Origin: Euprymna scolopes
Taxonomy: Eukaryota
Assembly: GCA_053919585.1 (NCBI GenBank)
Contig: CM132802.1
Length of the DNA: 64,000 nucleotides
Strand: one strand, 5' to 3'
Of the stretch, positions 39,255-50,659 are shown in pieces. Position numbers and translations under genes: made by a program. The notes below the pieces were generated by a model. It saw only the letters and a list, made by a program, of their open reading frames with translations, was not told the origin of the DNA and ran no database searches. Each line of letters opens with the position of its first letter. Position 1 is the first letter of the stretch.

Positions 39255-40385
39255 CTTCATCTGATAGTGAGGCAATTGAATCTGATGAAACCCATAAAGA
39301 AACAATTGTAGTTGACCATCCTCAAATAGTTGAACTTCCAGATGAACCGACATATTCGGAAAATGTTCTTGTTCTACATGAACCAAGGAGACAATCAGAA
39401 GTCGAAATGTTTTATGATGCACCAGATGAATTTGAACAGACCGAAGAAATCCGAACAATCTCCACAACTACAAAATATTTTGAGCAAACAGAACCGCAAC
39501 CGGATATTAAAAGCAAAGAAACACATAGTACTGTTCTTACTGTTGAGAAAGAAGAAGAACCAAGGCCAGTAGAACTTCGATTCCAAGTGCCACGACCATC
39601 GATAGAAACTGTTACAGAGATCCACGAATCAACTTGTATAACTACTGAAGAAATTCCCATGAAAAAAGAGGAAGAGTTAGTGATAGAATCTGAAGATATC
39701 CATAAGGAAACTATTGAAATCATCAACCGAAAAGAACCGGAAGTTGAAGTAGTGGAATCTAAACAGCCAATTTCTCATCCACCAGTTCAACGAATTGAAG
39801 TCGAAGTTAAAGAACATGTGATGAAGACGAGGCAACAAGATATCCAAGTGATTCAGCTAACCAAAAATATCGATAAACCACCATCAGAAGATGTGGTTGA
39901 AGTTCCGAGTCAAATCACAGAAACAATATCCATCACTCGCGACACAATCCAAGTTAAAAAGGAAACACCACTTGAAAAGGTTGGCTTAGATATTCCAATT
40001 CTCCCCAAAGAAGCTGAACCTGAAAAGAGCGAGATGAAGATACCTATAAAAGAAGAACCAGAAAAAATAACGCCGGAAGAAGTTGTCGAATCTGTTGGTA
40101 AAGCACCAGAATTTACTTGGAGTCTAATGTCATTAAAAGTAATGGATGGAGAAGAAGTGAAGTTTCATTGCGATGTGACTGGCCAGCCGATGCCGGAGAT
40201 TTCTTGGTACCATGATGATAAAGAAATCTCAGAGAACCAAGACTTCAAGATAACATATAATAAAGAAACAGGAGCCTGTACTTTGCTTATTGTCGAAGTA
40301 TTCCCACAGGATGCTGGAGAGTATAGATGTGAAGCTACCAATCCATTCGGTAGTGCAGTTAGCAGGGCTGATCTGGAAATAGAAT
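39255..40385 (+). CDS. sls: Exon 21, acidic PEVK-like linker plus Ig12
   Basis: ctttcAG; open frame continuous with ORF 39407; ends APEFTWSL...PQDAGEYRC...LEIE; T|gtaagt; 1131 nt, phases 1-1. Confidence 0.93.
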
Positions 40386-41499
40386 GTAAGTGCATCTAAA
40401 CATGTAAATGCATCCTGCAGAAGGAAAGCTCTAGAAGATTTGTGCATCAACATGTCTAGTTCTAATGCTTCAACTCACGCGCTATAGTAGATTCATAATC
40501 TGCACCAACTTTGCTGAATTGTATTTCTATGCAATATCCTCTAATTTGATTATATTCTTTTAGCATTTGCTTTTTATATGTATTTCTTGTATAAATCTGT
40601 CTATTATTGCTAACCATCTTTTTTATTGTTGTCACTAAAATTACTAATCACTCTCAATATATAAAGTTATGTATGTGTATTTGTTTATCTAAATGAATAA
40701 ATGCAAAAGTTTCCTCCCTCTGTTCTAACTATATTAGCATCAAACCAGGTTGTACTTAATTCATTTCAAACACCTTTAACTTTTCTTAATTTGCATATTT
40801 ATTTGATAAACAGCTTCTACTAATATTCTGTAATATACATTTTAATTTGCACTATCATAGTTTCCTATATATACGCAATGTTTTTTCATTGACAATAAAG
40901 CGTCTGATGTCACTGAATGCTAAGAACAGATACTACATTTTGAGCTATTTATTTTCATAAAATCTAAAAACAGTTACATTTTAATATTTTAAATAAATTA
41001 GGCGTAAGGTCATTCAAAAGTGTGGTCAAATGGGTGTCCTTGGTCATCCTTTGTCACCATGACTAGAAAATGTCTATCCTACTCTTAGCTAGAATCATCA
41101 ACCACCATAATACCATTTACTCTAGGGGACGTCCTACTTAAAACAAATTCCCAAATGGTTCAAAAAGTTTTATTGAAAGTAAATACATCTATATACAATT
41201 ACACTTTGTTTTTATAGCTATGTATTTCACTCTGTGGTAATTCTTGTTGTTATTAATTCATTACATTATTTTAAAAATGTCATTAAAATTAAAGTTATAA
41301 ATTTAATTTTATTCAAAAAGAAAGTCAACTTCGTAATTTGAAAATAAATAAAATAGCTATTTAATTTATTAGCTTTAATTGATATAAAAAAATAATGATT
41401 CCCTAAAAACTGAATCTGAATAGACTGCACACAGCAAGCATGTCTTTCTTTTACTGGCTAAAAGCATACTTGCATAAAAATAGCATACAATTATGCATT

Positions 41500-41862
41500 A
41501 TTAAGGGTTGTAAGAAAAAAATTCAAAACAAGACGATCCTTTTTTTTCTTAAATAAATCTGACATTTTTCCAGCCCTCCTCGATCACAACAGAGTTTTGT
41601 GTTATTCTGAAATTTCACACTATTTTGAGGATATCACCCCTTTGTCAAGTGTTTCTATTTCTCTGTCACAAGGCCTTATTTTTGTATTTGTCGGCTGTGA
41701 AATTGCAATTGCCACAAAGCTGAATGCAAAAAAACAATAACTCTTAAGCAAGATATGTGGAAGCCAATTTTGCAGCCGACAATAAAAACAACAAAACAAT
41801 AATAATAATATTTAAAAAAAAAAAGAGGATTGCTTTGTTTGGAGTTTTCTTTCTTACACCTC
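41500..41862. mobile_element. MITE-like element
   Basis: Imperfect inverted ends GTTGTAAGAAAAAAATTCAAAACAAG / CTTTGTTTGGAGTTTTCTTTCTTACACC and an inner inverted pair GTCGGCTG / CAGCCGAC. Confidence 0.45.
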
Positions 41863-42448
41863 CTCCCCCCCTGTATATTTCCACATTGTTATAGTTTTCT
41901 AATCGACTATCTCTACTTTTTCTATTATTTTTATAAAATTAGCTATGTGTACATGTTTGTATTTTGTATATATAGGATTCACTCTTAAACTAATTATAAT
42001 TAACCAATCATTATGCAATTTGAACCAGAGCTGCTAGGTGTAAAGGTGGGTAATGCAAAGTGAATAAAGAATTCATATACTTCTAATTTTTGTGAAATGT
42101 TAACACTGGGTATTAGATGTTAATTAATAATTATTTCCAAATTTCAGTTTCTTTGGAGCATTTTTTAGAGTTTTTAATGGGCTTAATATGGGCATAATCT
42201 CAAATATTGTAAATTTGATCTATAGTTATTAGACATTAATTTAGTAGGCTTCTCTGAATTTCAACTTCTTAAGATCCCTTAAGCTTTAGTCTTAAATTTT
42301 CTAGAATCAAAAGTAATACATTTTGATCAAAGTTAGTATAAGGATTCTAGACATAAGGATTCATTATATTGTGATTTTAATCTTTGTAATGAGACATAAA
42401 ATTATTGAAAAACTGTCATATTTAAGGGATTAATTTTACCTGCCTTGA

Positions 42449-42810
42449 ACTATATGCACATATTACAATTAATGTTTCAATTAAACTATGTGTGCATATT
42501 ACAAATGATGCTTCAATTAAACTATGTGTACATATTACAAATAATGCTTCAATTAAACTATATGTACATATTATAAATAATGTTTTAATTAAACTATGTC
42601 ACTTAGACATTATTAGATTTAGTGTGCACTTTTAATCTTTTATTTTATAGTCATGTTATCACTAATATTTTCTCCTTTTATTTCGCTTATGCATTCTTTT
42701 AGCACTCTCTTAACTTTGCTCATGAATTCTTTTAGCATTCTTTTTACTATGTTTATGCATTCTATTAGCATTCACTTTACTTTGCTTATGCATTCTTTTA
42801 GCATTCCATT
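42449..42810. repeat. Two adjacent minisatellites
   Basis: ~36-bp AACTATGTGTACATATTACAAATAATGCTTCAATTA units, then ~31-bp TTATGCATTCTTTTAGCA units. Confidence 0.75.
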
Positions 42811-43082
42811 TATTATTCCTCTGGCATAGGATTTATGTGCAACATCTTTATTCTGAATGATTAACTTTTATTTTTGGCATGCATAAATTCTGATTCAACT
42901 TATTTGTATTTCAAACTGTTATTGAATGTTGTTAACCAATTATTTTTTATTTTGCTAAAGTAGGTTATTTATGTTTCAGAAGACAATGCTATAAATCTTT
43001 GAGTATTTCCTTCTATTTGTAAAATATATGAGATTATGCAAATTTACATTTTATATTATAACCAAGACCTGTGAATATTAAT

Positions 43083-44262
43083 TACTGGGCAACAATTTTT
43101 ACTTTTTGAATGTTGTCTACATTTACTTCAACTGATTTAGGGTATTTTCGCACTACTGAACCAAGAAATGGCATCCGTTTCTCGCCATCAGCTCAGGTTT
43201 TTGTGCTAAGTTGATTCGGAAAAAAAAATAAATCAGATCTTGTGGCAAAATCGATTAAAAACAAAATTGCCATATTGATTTCCTGCAAACTGAATAAAAG
43301 TAAGTACATATAAATTGCATGTTGCTTCACTATTGTTCAAACTTCAGGGCTTGAATTTCATTTCTTTGAACTCCTGGAATGTTCAGCGACCAGGAGGTCT
43401 CTCTTCAGATTCCAACAGTAGTCAGCTATCATGACTATGTCCCAGCGACTCTGATACCTCTACTCCATCTCTTTTAGGTCCTGATGGAATCTGTCCCCCT
43501 GCTCGTCACATTGAATCCAGGTTCTCCAGAAACTGGTTCATATGTGAAAATAGTGCATCTTGATACTCATGTTGCAGCCCAGGTTATTGAAAGCAGTCAG
43601 CATGTTGTTGACAAGTTCTGAATAGTTTGTGACCTTTTTGTTGCCAAGAAAGTTCTTCACTACCAGAACAAATGTCTTGTACACTTCCAGTTCCACTTTG
43701 TTCATTGAATTTTCAAACTGGATCTGATAAGCTGCTGGACCTAAGGACTGTCAAAGGTGCTAGCTTTCAACTTTTCCATGGTCAATCTTGGAAAAGTCTG
43801 GCACAAGTAAGTGAAGCAGTCACTATCCTTGTCCAGAAACTTGGTGAATAGCTTTATTGCAGAAGGTCAGTGATGACGTTTCATTCTTTGCAAGGCACCA
43901 ATTCCTCCTGCACAGACCAATCCTTTTTTGTGTATGCTGAGCACTCATTTGTGGAAGATTTTGAGGCTTTATAACTTCAAACTGATCTCTTTTTGACATA
44001 ATAACCTAGAACTATTAGATCTGAATACTTTTTGTCATTAAAATAATCAGTTCCAATCAAAACAGTTATACAACATGGCATTTAAGCCCCACCAACTTCT
44101 TCTAAAATGCTTCACAATGTGAACAAAATGTAAAAAAATGACACGTGGCCATAGCTCATTAACTTGATCTGACTGAGCAAAGCCAATGTGATCTTTGGAT
44201 TCAGCGTATCAGATTCGTCCTAAATCAGCTAAAAAAACATAGACATTTATTGTTGACCAGTG
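43083..44262 (-). mobile_element. Chapaev3-like (CMC superfamily) DNA transposon, internally deleted
   Basis: Termini ACTGGGCAACAAT / ATTGTTGACCAGTG with adjacent TTA; minus-strand remnant NLGCNMSIKMH...DEQGDRFHQDLKEME*RYQSRWDIVMIADYCWNLKR. Confidence 0.75.
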
Positions 44263-44332
44263 TTATTAAATACTAGAAAAAGTATCAGCCGTTAAAGCAC
44301 CAGTTGAACTATAGTTGGAATTTTGAATAAAA

Positions 44333-44566
44333 NNNNNNNNNNNNNNNNNNNNNNNNNNNNNNNNNNNNNNNNNNNNNNNNNNNNNNNNNNNNNNNNNNNN
44401 NNNNNNNNNNNNNNNNNNNNNNNNNNNNNNNNNNNNNNNNNNNNNNNNNNNNNNNNNNNNNNNNNNNNNNNNNNNNNNNNNNNNNNNNNNNNNNNNNNNN
44501 NNNNNNNNNNNNNNNNNNNNNNNNNNNNNNNNNNNNNNNNNNNNNNNNNNNNNNNNNNNNNNNNNN
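44333..44566. other. Assembly gap
   Basis: N run. Confidence 1.
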
Positions 44567-44570
44567 TTGC

Positions 44571-44794
44571 TTTATATAAGCATTAATATGTCACTACACA
44601 TTCATGAGCATGTTTTGGTTAGCCAGTTATAAGTAACTAGAGACCTCTTCAGGCGATTTAGCTTATACAAAAGTTTAGTCCATAGATTTATGAACTAAAT
44701 TTTTGTATAAGCAATATTACTTACATGGGTCTCTAGATACTTGTAATTAGCTGACTGAAACACGTTCATGAATGTGTAGTAACATGCTTATATA
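44571..44794. mobile_element. Hairpin MITE-like element
   Basis: Near end-to-end imperfect palindrome centred on ~44687 (GCTTATACAAAA...TTTTGTATAAGC). Confidence 0.65.
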
Positions 44795-45705
44795 AAATAA
44801 ACAAAAAAAGTACTTTGGTATTGAGTATTCTTTATTGGTTGCTTTACCTCTGAAAAATATTAACCTGAAATTATATATACATGCACTTAAATTACCTATT
44901 TCGAGCTTCTCAACACACACACACACATATGCACTTAAATTACATATTTTGATCTTCATACCACACACACACACATATATTTGATGGATTATAACACACG
45001 ATATTAAAATTTTAAATATTGTAATGAAGCTTCAAAACTCAACTCTTAAAAATGTTTATCCATATGCACGTGCCCTTCATAAAAAACACTTTATTGCATC
45101 AGAATAAAGTTTGAAAAATCATTTATGATTTTACTCATCAGCATATAAACTTTATCAATTGCAATTCAGAAAATTTCTAGTGAATATATCTGCAATCAGT
45201 TCGATTTTGTTTTTACAAAGGAGGCACCACTTATCAAGGCCCAGATGCCACTCGAGGATAAGGGTACATGAGTGTACAGTGATCAAGGAGAACATGTCGT
45301 AGTCATCGTCAGCAGTGGAAATAATCAAGGGATGTTCGAATAGAAGTACCAAATTAAACAAATTTTTTTTTAAAAATGAAGAAAAGCAAAAAATGAAATT
45401 CACAAACACATTTCAGAGCAGAATAAAAAAAAAAGAACAACAATTATATGCAAATCCTGTTTTAATCGATTATTTTCCCTTATTTCATAAAGTCTTTTAT
45501 TGAGTCATAATTCTAAAGCTTGTTTAACCCTGAATGTTCTGTTAATTTTTGTGTATGTTAAAAGAATTATTAAAAAAGTATTCTTAAATGAATTTGAATG
45601 ATGGTTCTACTTATAATTTATAAAACAATCTAAGAAATCCCTTCTTTTTTTGTCCATGAATGTTAAATATTATAATATAAAACATCCCTTCATTTTGTTT
45701 TTCAG

Positions 45706-46746
45706 CCTATGAATATGTACCAGATAGTGAAGAAGCCTCATCTCAAGAAGCTCCATCTCCTAAACCTGCTTTGGACGAAGTCGATCTGAAACCTCTGACA
45801 TACGAGGAAGTGAAACAACTAGTTAAGGAGGAACAATCTCAGGCCCAAGTCTTTGCTGAAACAGTTGAAGTGAATGTTGCGCAAAAACGCGAACAAGTAC
45901 TTTCAAAATCGGTGATAACCGAAATAAGTAAGCAGGTAGAGTCTGCAATGGTTATTCAAAAACAACCTGAAATAACTACTCAGATGAGACGAGTTGCACA
46001 AGAGACACAAAGACCTGATGAAGGGTTCCCGAAACTCAGCAAAATTCTACCTCTTCAAGAAGTTACAGAAACAGCAACTACTTCGCTTCTGAAAGAGCAT
46101 GTTCAAGAAATGACAACTACTCAAGAGATTGCTAAGATCCAAGAGACTCATGAAAGAAAATATGGCCAAGAATCTAAAGTTTCCGAAATAGAGGCAGTTC
46201 TTGAACAACCTAATGTCATACAAATTGCTGGGAAATCTGAGCAAAAACTTTCGACGATTGAAATCAAACCATTAAAAGAGGAAGTATCACAAATTGCTAC
46301 TCACCATGAACGTTCTATTAGTAAAACGGCTCTTTCTGAAGAATTGACCCAGGAAGAAAGAATAGCTGATATCAAACTGTTAACTACCGAAAGTGGTGCC
46401 ATTACAAGTGTACCATTTGAATCCCTTCAAGCAGAATGCAAAGATGCTCCACAAATCCTTGAGACATTAGAAATGCCAAAGTTTGAAACTGAACTGAGAA
46501 ACATTTCTGTGGTTGAGAACAATGTTCTCCATTTGGAAGTATTTGTGAGTGGCGCAACTGTACCTATAAAATGGTACATGGATAATGTTGAATTGGGACC
46601 ATCACCTGGTGTGATTATCAGGGAAGAAGGCGGACATTCCGAGTACATAATTGAAGAGTGTTATCCTGAAGACGAAGGCCGATACACAGCTGTTGCTACC
46701 AATAAATTTGGAACTGTCAAGTCTTCCGCAAACATCACCATCCAAT
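45706..46746 (+). CDS. sls: Exon 22, acidic linker plus Ig13
   Basis: tttttcAG; SYEYVPDSEE... continuous with ORF 45771; ends PEDEGRYTAVATNKFG; T|gtaagt; 1041 nt, phases 1-1. Confidence 0.93.
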
Positions 46747-46994
46747 GTAAGTATTAAATTTGTATTTCCCTCTAAGATATAACAATTATATAACAATTAT
46801 AATTCATTTTTTATTATTTTTCTAGAGTTAATTTGCTTATGAATTTCTTATATAATTTAATATTCTTAATGTTGAGATTGATATTCACTCATTATCAAAG
46901 TTTTTTTTTTTTCATGTTGTAAATAGCCATAAGATTCTTTTATATTGTAATTTATTCTGTTTTCTTAAAGATGATTATATTTGTTCCAGCCTAA

Positions 46995-47430
46995 GTTGAC
47001 AGGTGAGACATAGAGATGATGATGTATGAAAATGAAACCTAGCTGGTGAGGGTTGCATGGAGAAAAATGATATAAAAATGATGCGAGGCATGTGTAATAT
47101 AAATCTTGAAGATAGGGTTAGACTTGATGACCTCAGAGAAAGATTAAATCTAAACACTATAGGTAAATATGCGCAGAACAGGAGACATTGATGGTATGGC
47201 CATGTTGAAAGAATGGATGAGAGCTTTTAGTAGATGAAGGACAGTTAGGACAGTCATTGCACAGAGGAAGATTAAGAAAAACATGAGAGGAAGTGATAAG
47301 TATCTATTTGAGAGAAAAAGTGATGAAGACATGGCCAGAGATGGGTTCGTCTAGAAGTCAATTTCTAAAAACTGTCAAACACATGCCAGATGTAAAACGA
47401 ATATTAAACCGAATATTATGATGATGACAA
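46995..47430 (+). mobile_element. RTE-like LINE 3' fragment
   Basis: EKNDIKMMRGMCNINLEDRVRLDDLRERLNLNTIGKYAQNRRH*WYGHVERMDE, followed by an (ATG)n tail. Confidence 0.65.
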
Positions 47431-48025
47431 TGATCTCAACTATTAACTCATTAGCTAAGCTTTTTTCTTTTTTTTTTTTTTTTTTTTTACTATTGGAGTC
47501 ACCATTTATTAAGGCCAAGAGCCACTTAAGGATAAGGGTTAATGAGACGGGAATAATTGCTAGTCAAAAGATGAGAATCACTATGGGAGTACTAACATTG
47601 ATTAATGGTATGAATTGCATTTAATTGTTTATGGAGTGGTCTATTATAAGAGTTTGTTAATATTGGTAAAATTGTAATCAGTAGGGAAGCAGTCTTATGG
47701 AAATGTGTTCCCCAAACGAGAAGCTTTTGGAAATTAGTTCTGTCCAGCAAAATTTGCTTAAATTTAAGCATGAAGATCTTATACACATAAAATTGGGAAT
47801 ATATGTATTATGAAGTTTTTAATTTAAGGGCTGAAACCCTTGTTTATAAAAATATGAGAGGATTTATTTGTGCTTATAAGTAATGCATCAAAATATATAA
47901 ATATATAAAAAAAAATGACTTACCAAAATGTTTAAAGATCTTATATCAACAGCCCATTCACAGAACTGATCCGGATAGAGAGGTGACTAACTGTATGTTA
48001 CAGCTGGTCTGGACAAATAAGAGTA

Positions 48026-48205
48026 CCTATTTACTATGCCTCCCCACGGGACAGAGTTAGACACCAGGGTCGTTTTTTAACGTGGAGAAAAGGTACAAAA
48101 ATAAAAATTGTCTCAGTCGTGAAGGATTTCTCCTCCACCGAAAGAGAACAAGAAATAGAAGTGCAGCATCTGAAGAACAGATACTACACTTTGATCTTAA
48201 CGTAA
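48026..48205 (-). mobile_element. U2 snRNA-headed short retroposon, B-type monomer, 5' truncated
   Basis: 156/157 identity to 22782-22938; carries TAAGATCAAAGTGTAGTATCTGTTCTT on the minus strand; perfect 13-bp TSD ACAAATAAGAGTA at 48013-48025 and 48206-48218. Confidence 0.8.
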
Positions 48206-48369
48206 ACAAATAAGAGTAGTGAACAAATTATATTATCAGTGTGATAGCTAAACTGAAAAGAACAAAAGAGGAAGTAAACTTCCAAGTCAGAACTTTTATA
48301 GTGTTAAACACGTGGCTAAATCAACCAATGAGTAACTGTTCTAATATCATGTGATCTTAGACTCCAACA

Positions 48370-48656
48370 CATGTAAAGGTCCTGGATATGACCTTAAACT
48401 ATATCCAGTAGTGAGGCCCCAGCTTGTGGGCTTTGGGGAGTGTGGAGCCACCCTTTAATTACCATTGCTCCCAGGTCCACTCTGACCTGGAATGGTAGTA
48501 CCTGTTAGGGTCCCAACTATGGGTTAAATAGAAACCGACGTGAAAACAACAAATATATTCTATCAAAAAATTTTTTCTTCAAAATCTTTGGATTCGGCAT
48601 TAAATAACCCAAAAAGGGTTGATATGCCGTAAAACAAAAACAACCAACCAACCAAC
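48370..48656 (+). mobile_element. SINE-like repeat with (CAAC)n tail
   Basis: GC-richer block in AT-rich intron ending GATATGCCGTAAAACAAAAACAACCAACCAACC. Confidence 0.4.
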
Positions 48657-49226
48657 GCATGTAAAATAGATGTTAAACAAAATAGAATGATGAAAGAATG
48701 AATGAGAGTTAATAGATGTAGAACAACTAACTTTATTTTTGTTGTATCAAATCAGTTTTTTTTATAGGAAATTATTGTTTTATTTTGAACTTATATTCAC
48801 CCCAAACAAGGTACATAAGACAGAAGAGGCTGCTGTGAATTAAGTATCTGATTAATAGAGGCATTCTAAGTAGGGAGTTGTGCAATGTCACGGTTGTTCA
48901 GAATACACTGAAATTGCTTCCTAGTGATATAGTCGAGGGAAACAGGAAGCAGGGAGGGAATTCTTAAGGTAAGCAGTTTGAGGAAAGAAACTATTAGAAT
49001 AGAAAGCTTTCTGACATAGTAAAGGGATGGGATTTAGTTGATTCTCGAGTTAATTGGAAGTATTTATGCTGTGGTAGGCGACACAAATGCGGCAAGTTTG
49101 TTGGATTACAATTTACTGGAAATGGCTTCATTTATATTGTATAGTATCAAGCGTTACTTGTATAAAATGCTAAATATATCCAACAAATAAAAGTAGATCA
49201 AGATATTTTTTTCTTTTCACTAATGA

Positions 49227-49830
49227 GTCACCGCTTATCAAGGCCTAAAGGCAACTTGAGGATAAAAAGTACAAAGACTGCCAGCTAGACAATGAAAACC
49301 ACCATGAGAGGATTGGAAACTATGGGTGAAATGATTAAATTTAATTATTTAGTTGAACAGTTTCATAAGATTTTGTCAACATTGGACTTGAAAATGATCA
49401 TGTTGTAGTCAGTTAGAAAGCAGTCCCATGGTATTTTGTTCCACAGGTGGTAAGTTCTGGAAAGGAAACTGTTCATGGAAACTCAGTTTGATTTTAGTTA
49501 TAGAGAGAGAAAAGAAAATTCATTGCTGTGGTTATAGCTAGACAAGTTCTTGCTATGAATGTTTTATAGAGGGATGTAGAAATTTGAGCTCAGTCGAGCA
49601 CCTACTATGAAAATAACGATGGATAGAGAGAGGCTAGCAATGTCTTTTCTATGAGAAAGGGACTGTAGAGAAGAGATCATGCCCCACTATATTGCAAAGT
49701 CGATTTTATACCCTGTTAAGGCAAAAAAAGGTGATCCGAGTAGCACCTTTCGAGATGTGGCAACAGCACTTCATCAAAGGATTATCTGACTTTCATACAA
49801 GTACAGACTTGCGTCAGAATTGAAGTCAAA
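49227..49830 (-). mobile_element. CR1-group LINE 3' fragment
   Basis: Minus-strand LQSLSHRKDIASLSL and the same 3' end as the 15.6 kb and 47.5 kb copies. Confidence 0.55.
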
Positions 49831-49989
49831 GGAAACAATTATTTATTGATTAAGAGAAATTGTTTTGGTTAACGTTAAAATTAATGTTTTGCTATGTTTC
49901 AGATGCAAAAAATTCATATTTTAACCTTATTCTATGTAAACTTGTGTCTGAATAGATTTGTATAAAGTTCTTTTATTCATTTATTCCAA

Positions 49990-50235
49990 GTTTCATTGAA
50001 ATGGATTGAATGGTTTAAAATTCACTAAAAATTGATTTGAATTTTATTGAAAATAGTTTTAATGGTTTAAAACTCATTGCAAATGATTTTAATGGTTTGA
50101 ATTTCATTGAAAATAATTTTAATGGTTTAAAACTCATTGAAAATAATTTTAATGGTTTGAATTTCATTGAAAATGAATTGAATGGCTTAAAATTCATTGT
50201 TTTATTTTATTGAAAGTAGATTGGATGGTTTAAAT
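49990..50235. repeat. ~30-bp minisatellite
   Basis: TTCATTGAAAATAATTTTAATGGTTTAAAA-like units. Confidence 0.85.
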
Positions 50236-50241
50236 TATGCA

Positions 50242-50316
50242 TTTTTTTGTTGAGCTATGATAGTTTTCTTAAATTTAGTATTAATTTAAGAAAACTATCA
50301 TAGCTCAACAAAAAAA
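50242..50316. repeat. Perfect 34-bp inverted repeat with 7-nt loop
   Basis: TTTTTTTGTTGAGCTATGATAGTTTTCTTAAATT-tagtatt-reverse complement. Confidence 0.95.
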
Positions 50317-50611
50317 GTGAAATGATTTTTTTACTTTGAACTTATAAAAAATTACCTATTGATCATTTTTTCATAAACAAAGACAATATAACTTTTCAAA
50401 TTTCAGGTTTTGTATGTTAGCTTTATTTTTCAGCTTATGGACAACAACTTAATTTGAAAATAATGTATAAAGTTTTAGCTTGGTTCTAAACTTAAGTAGC
50501 TGTTTCTAAATCTCTAGTGCTATCAATTAACTGATCATCAATTATATTTTCTAAAAATATATTTTATCTAATGAGAGGGTGACATAATTTGGTTGAAACT
50601 TTGTGTGTAAC

Positions 50612-50659
<48 letters not shown>

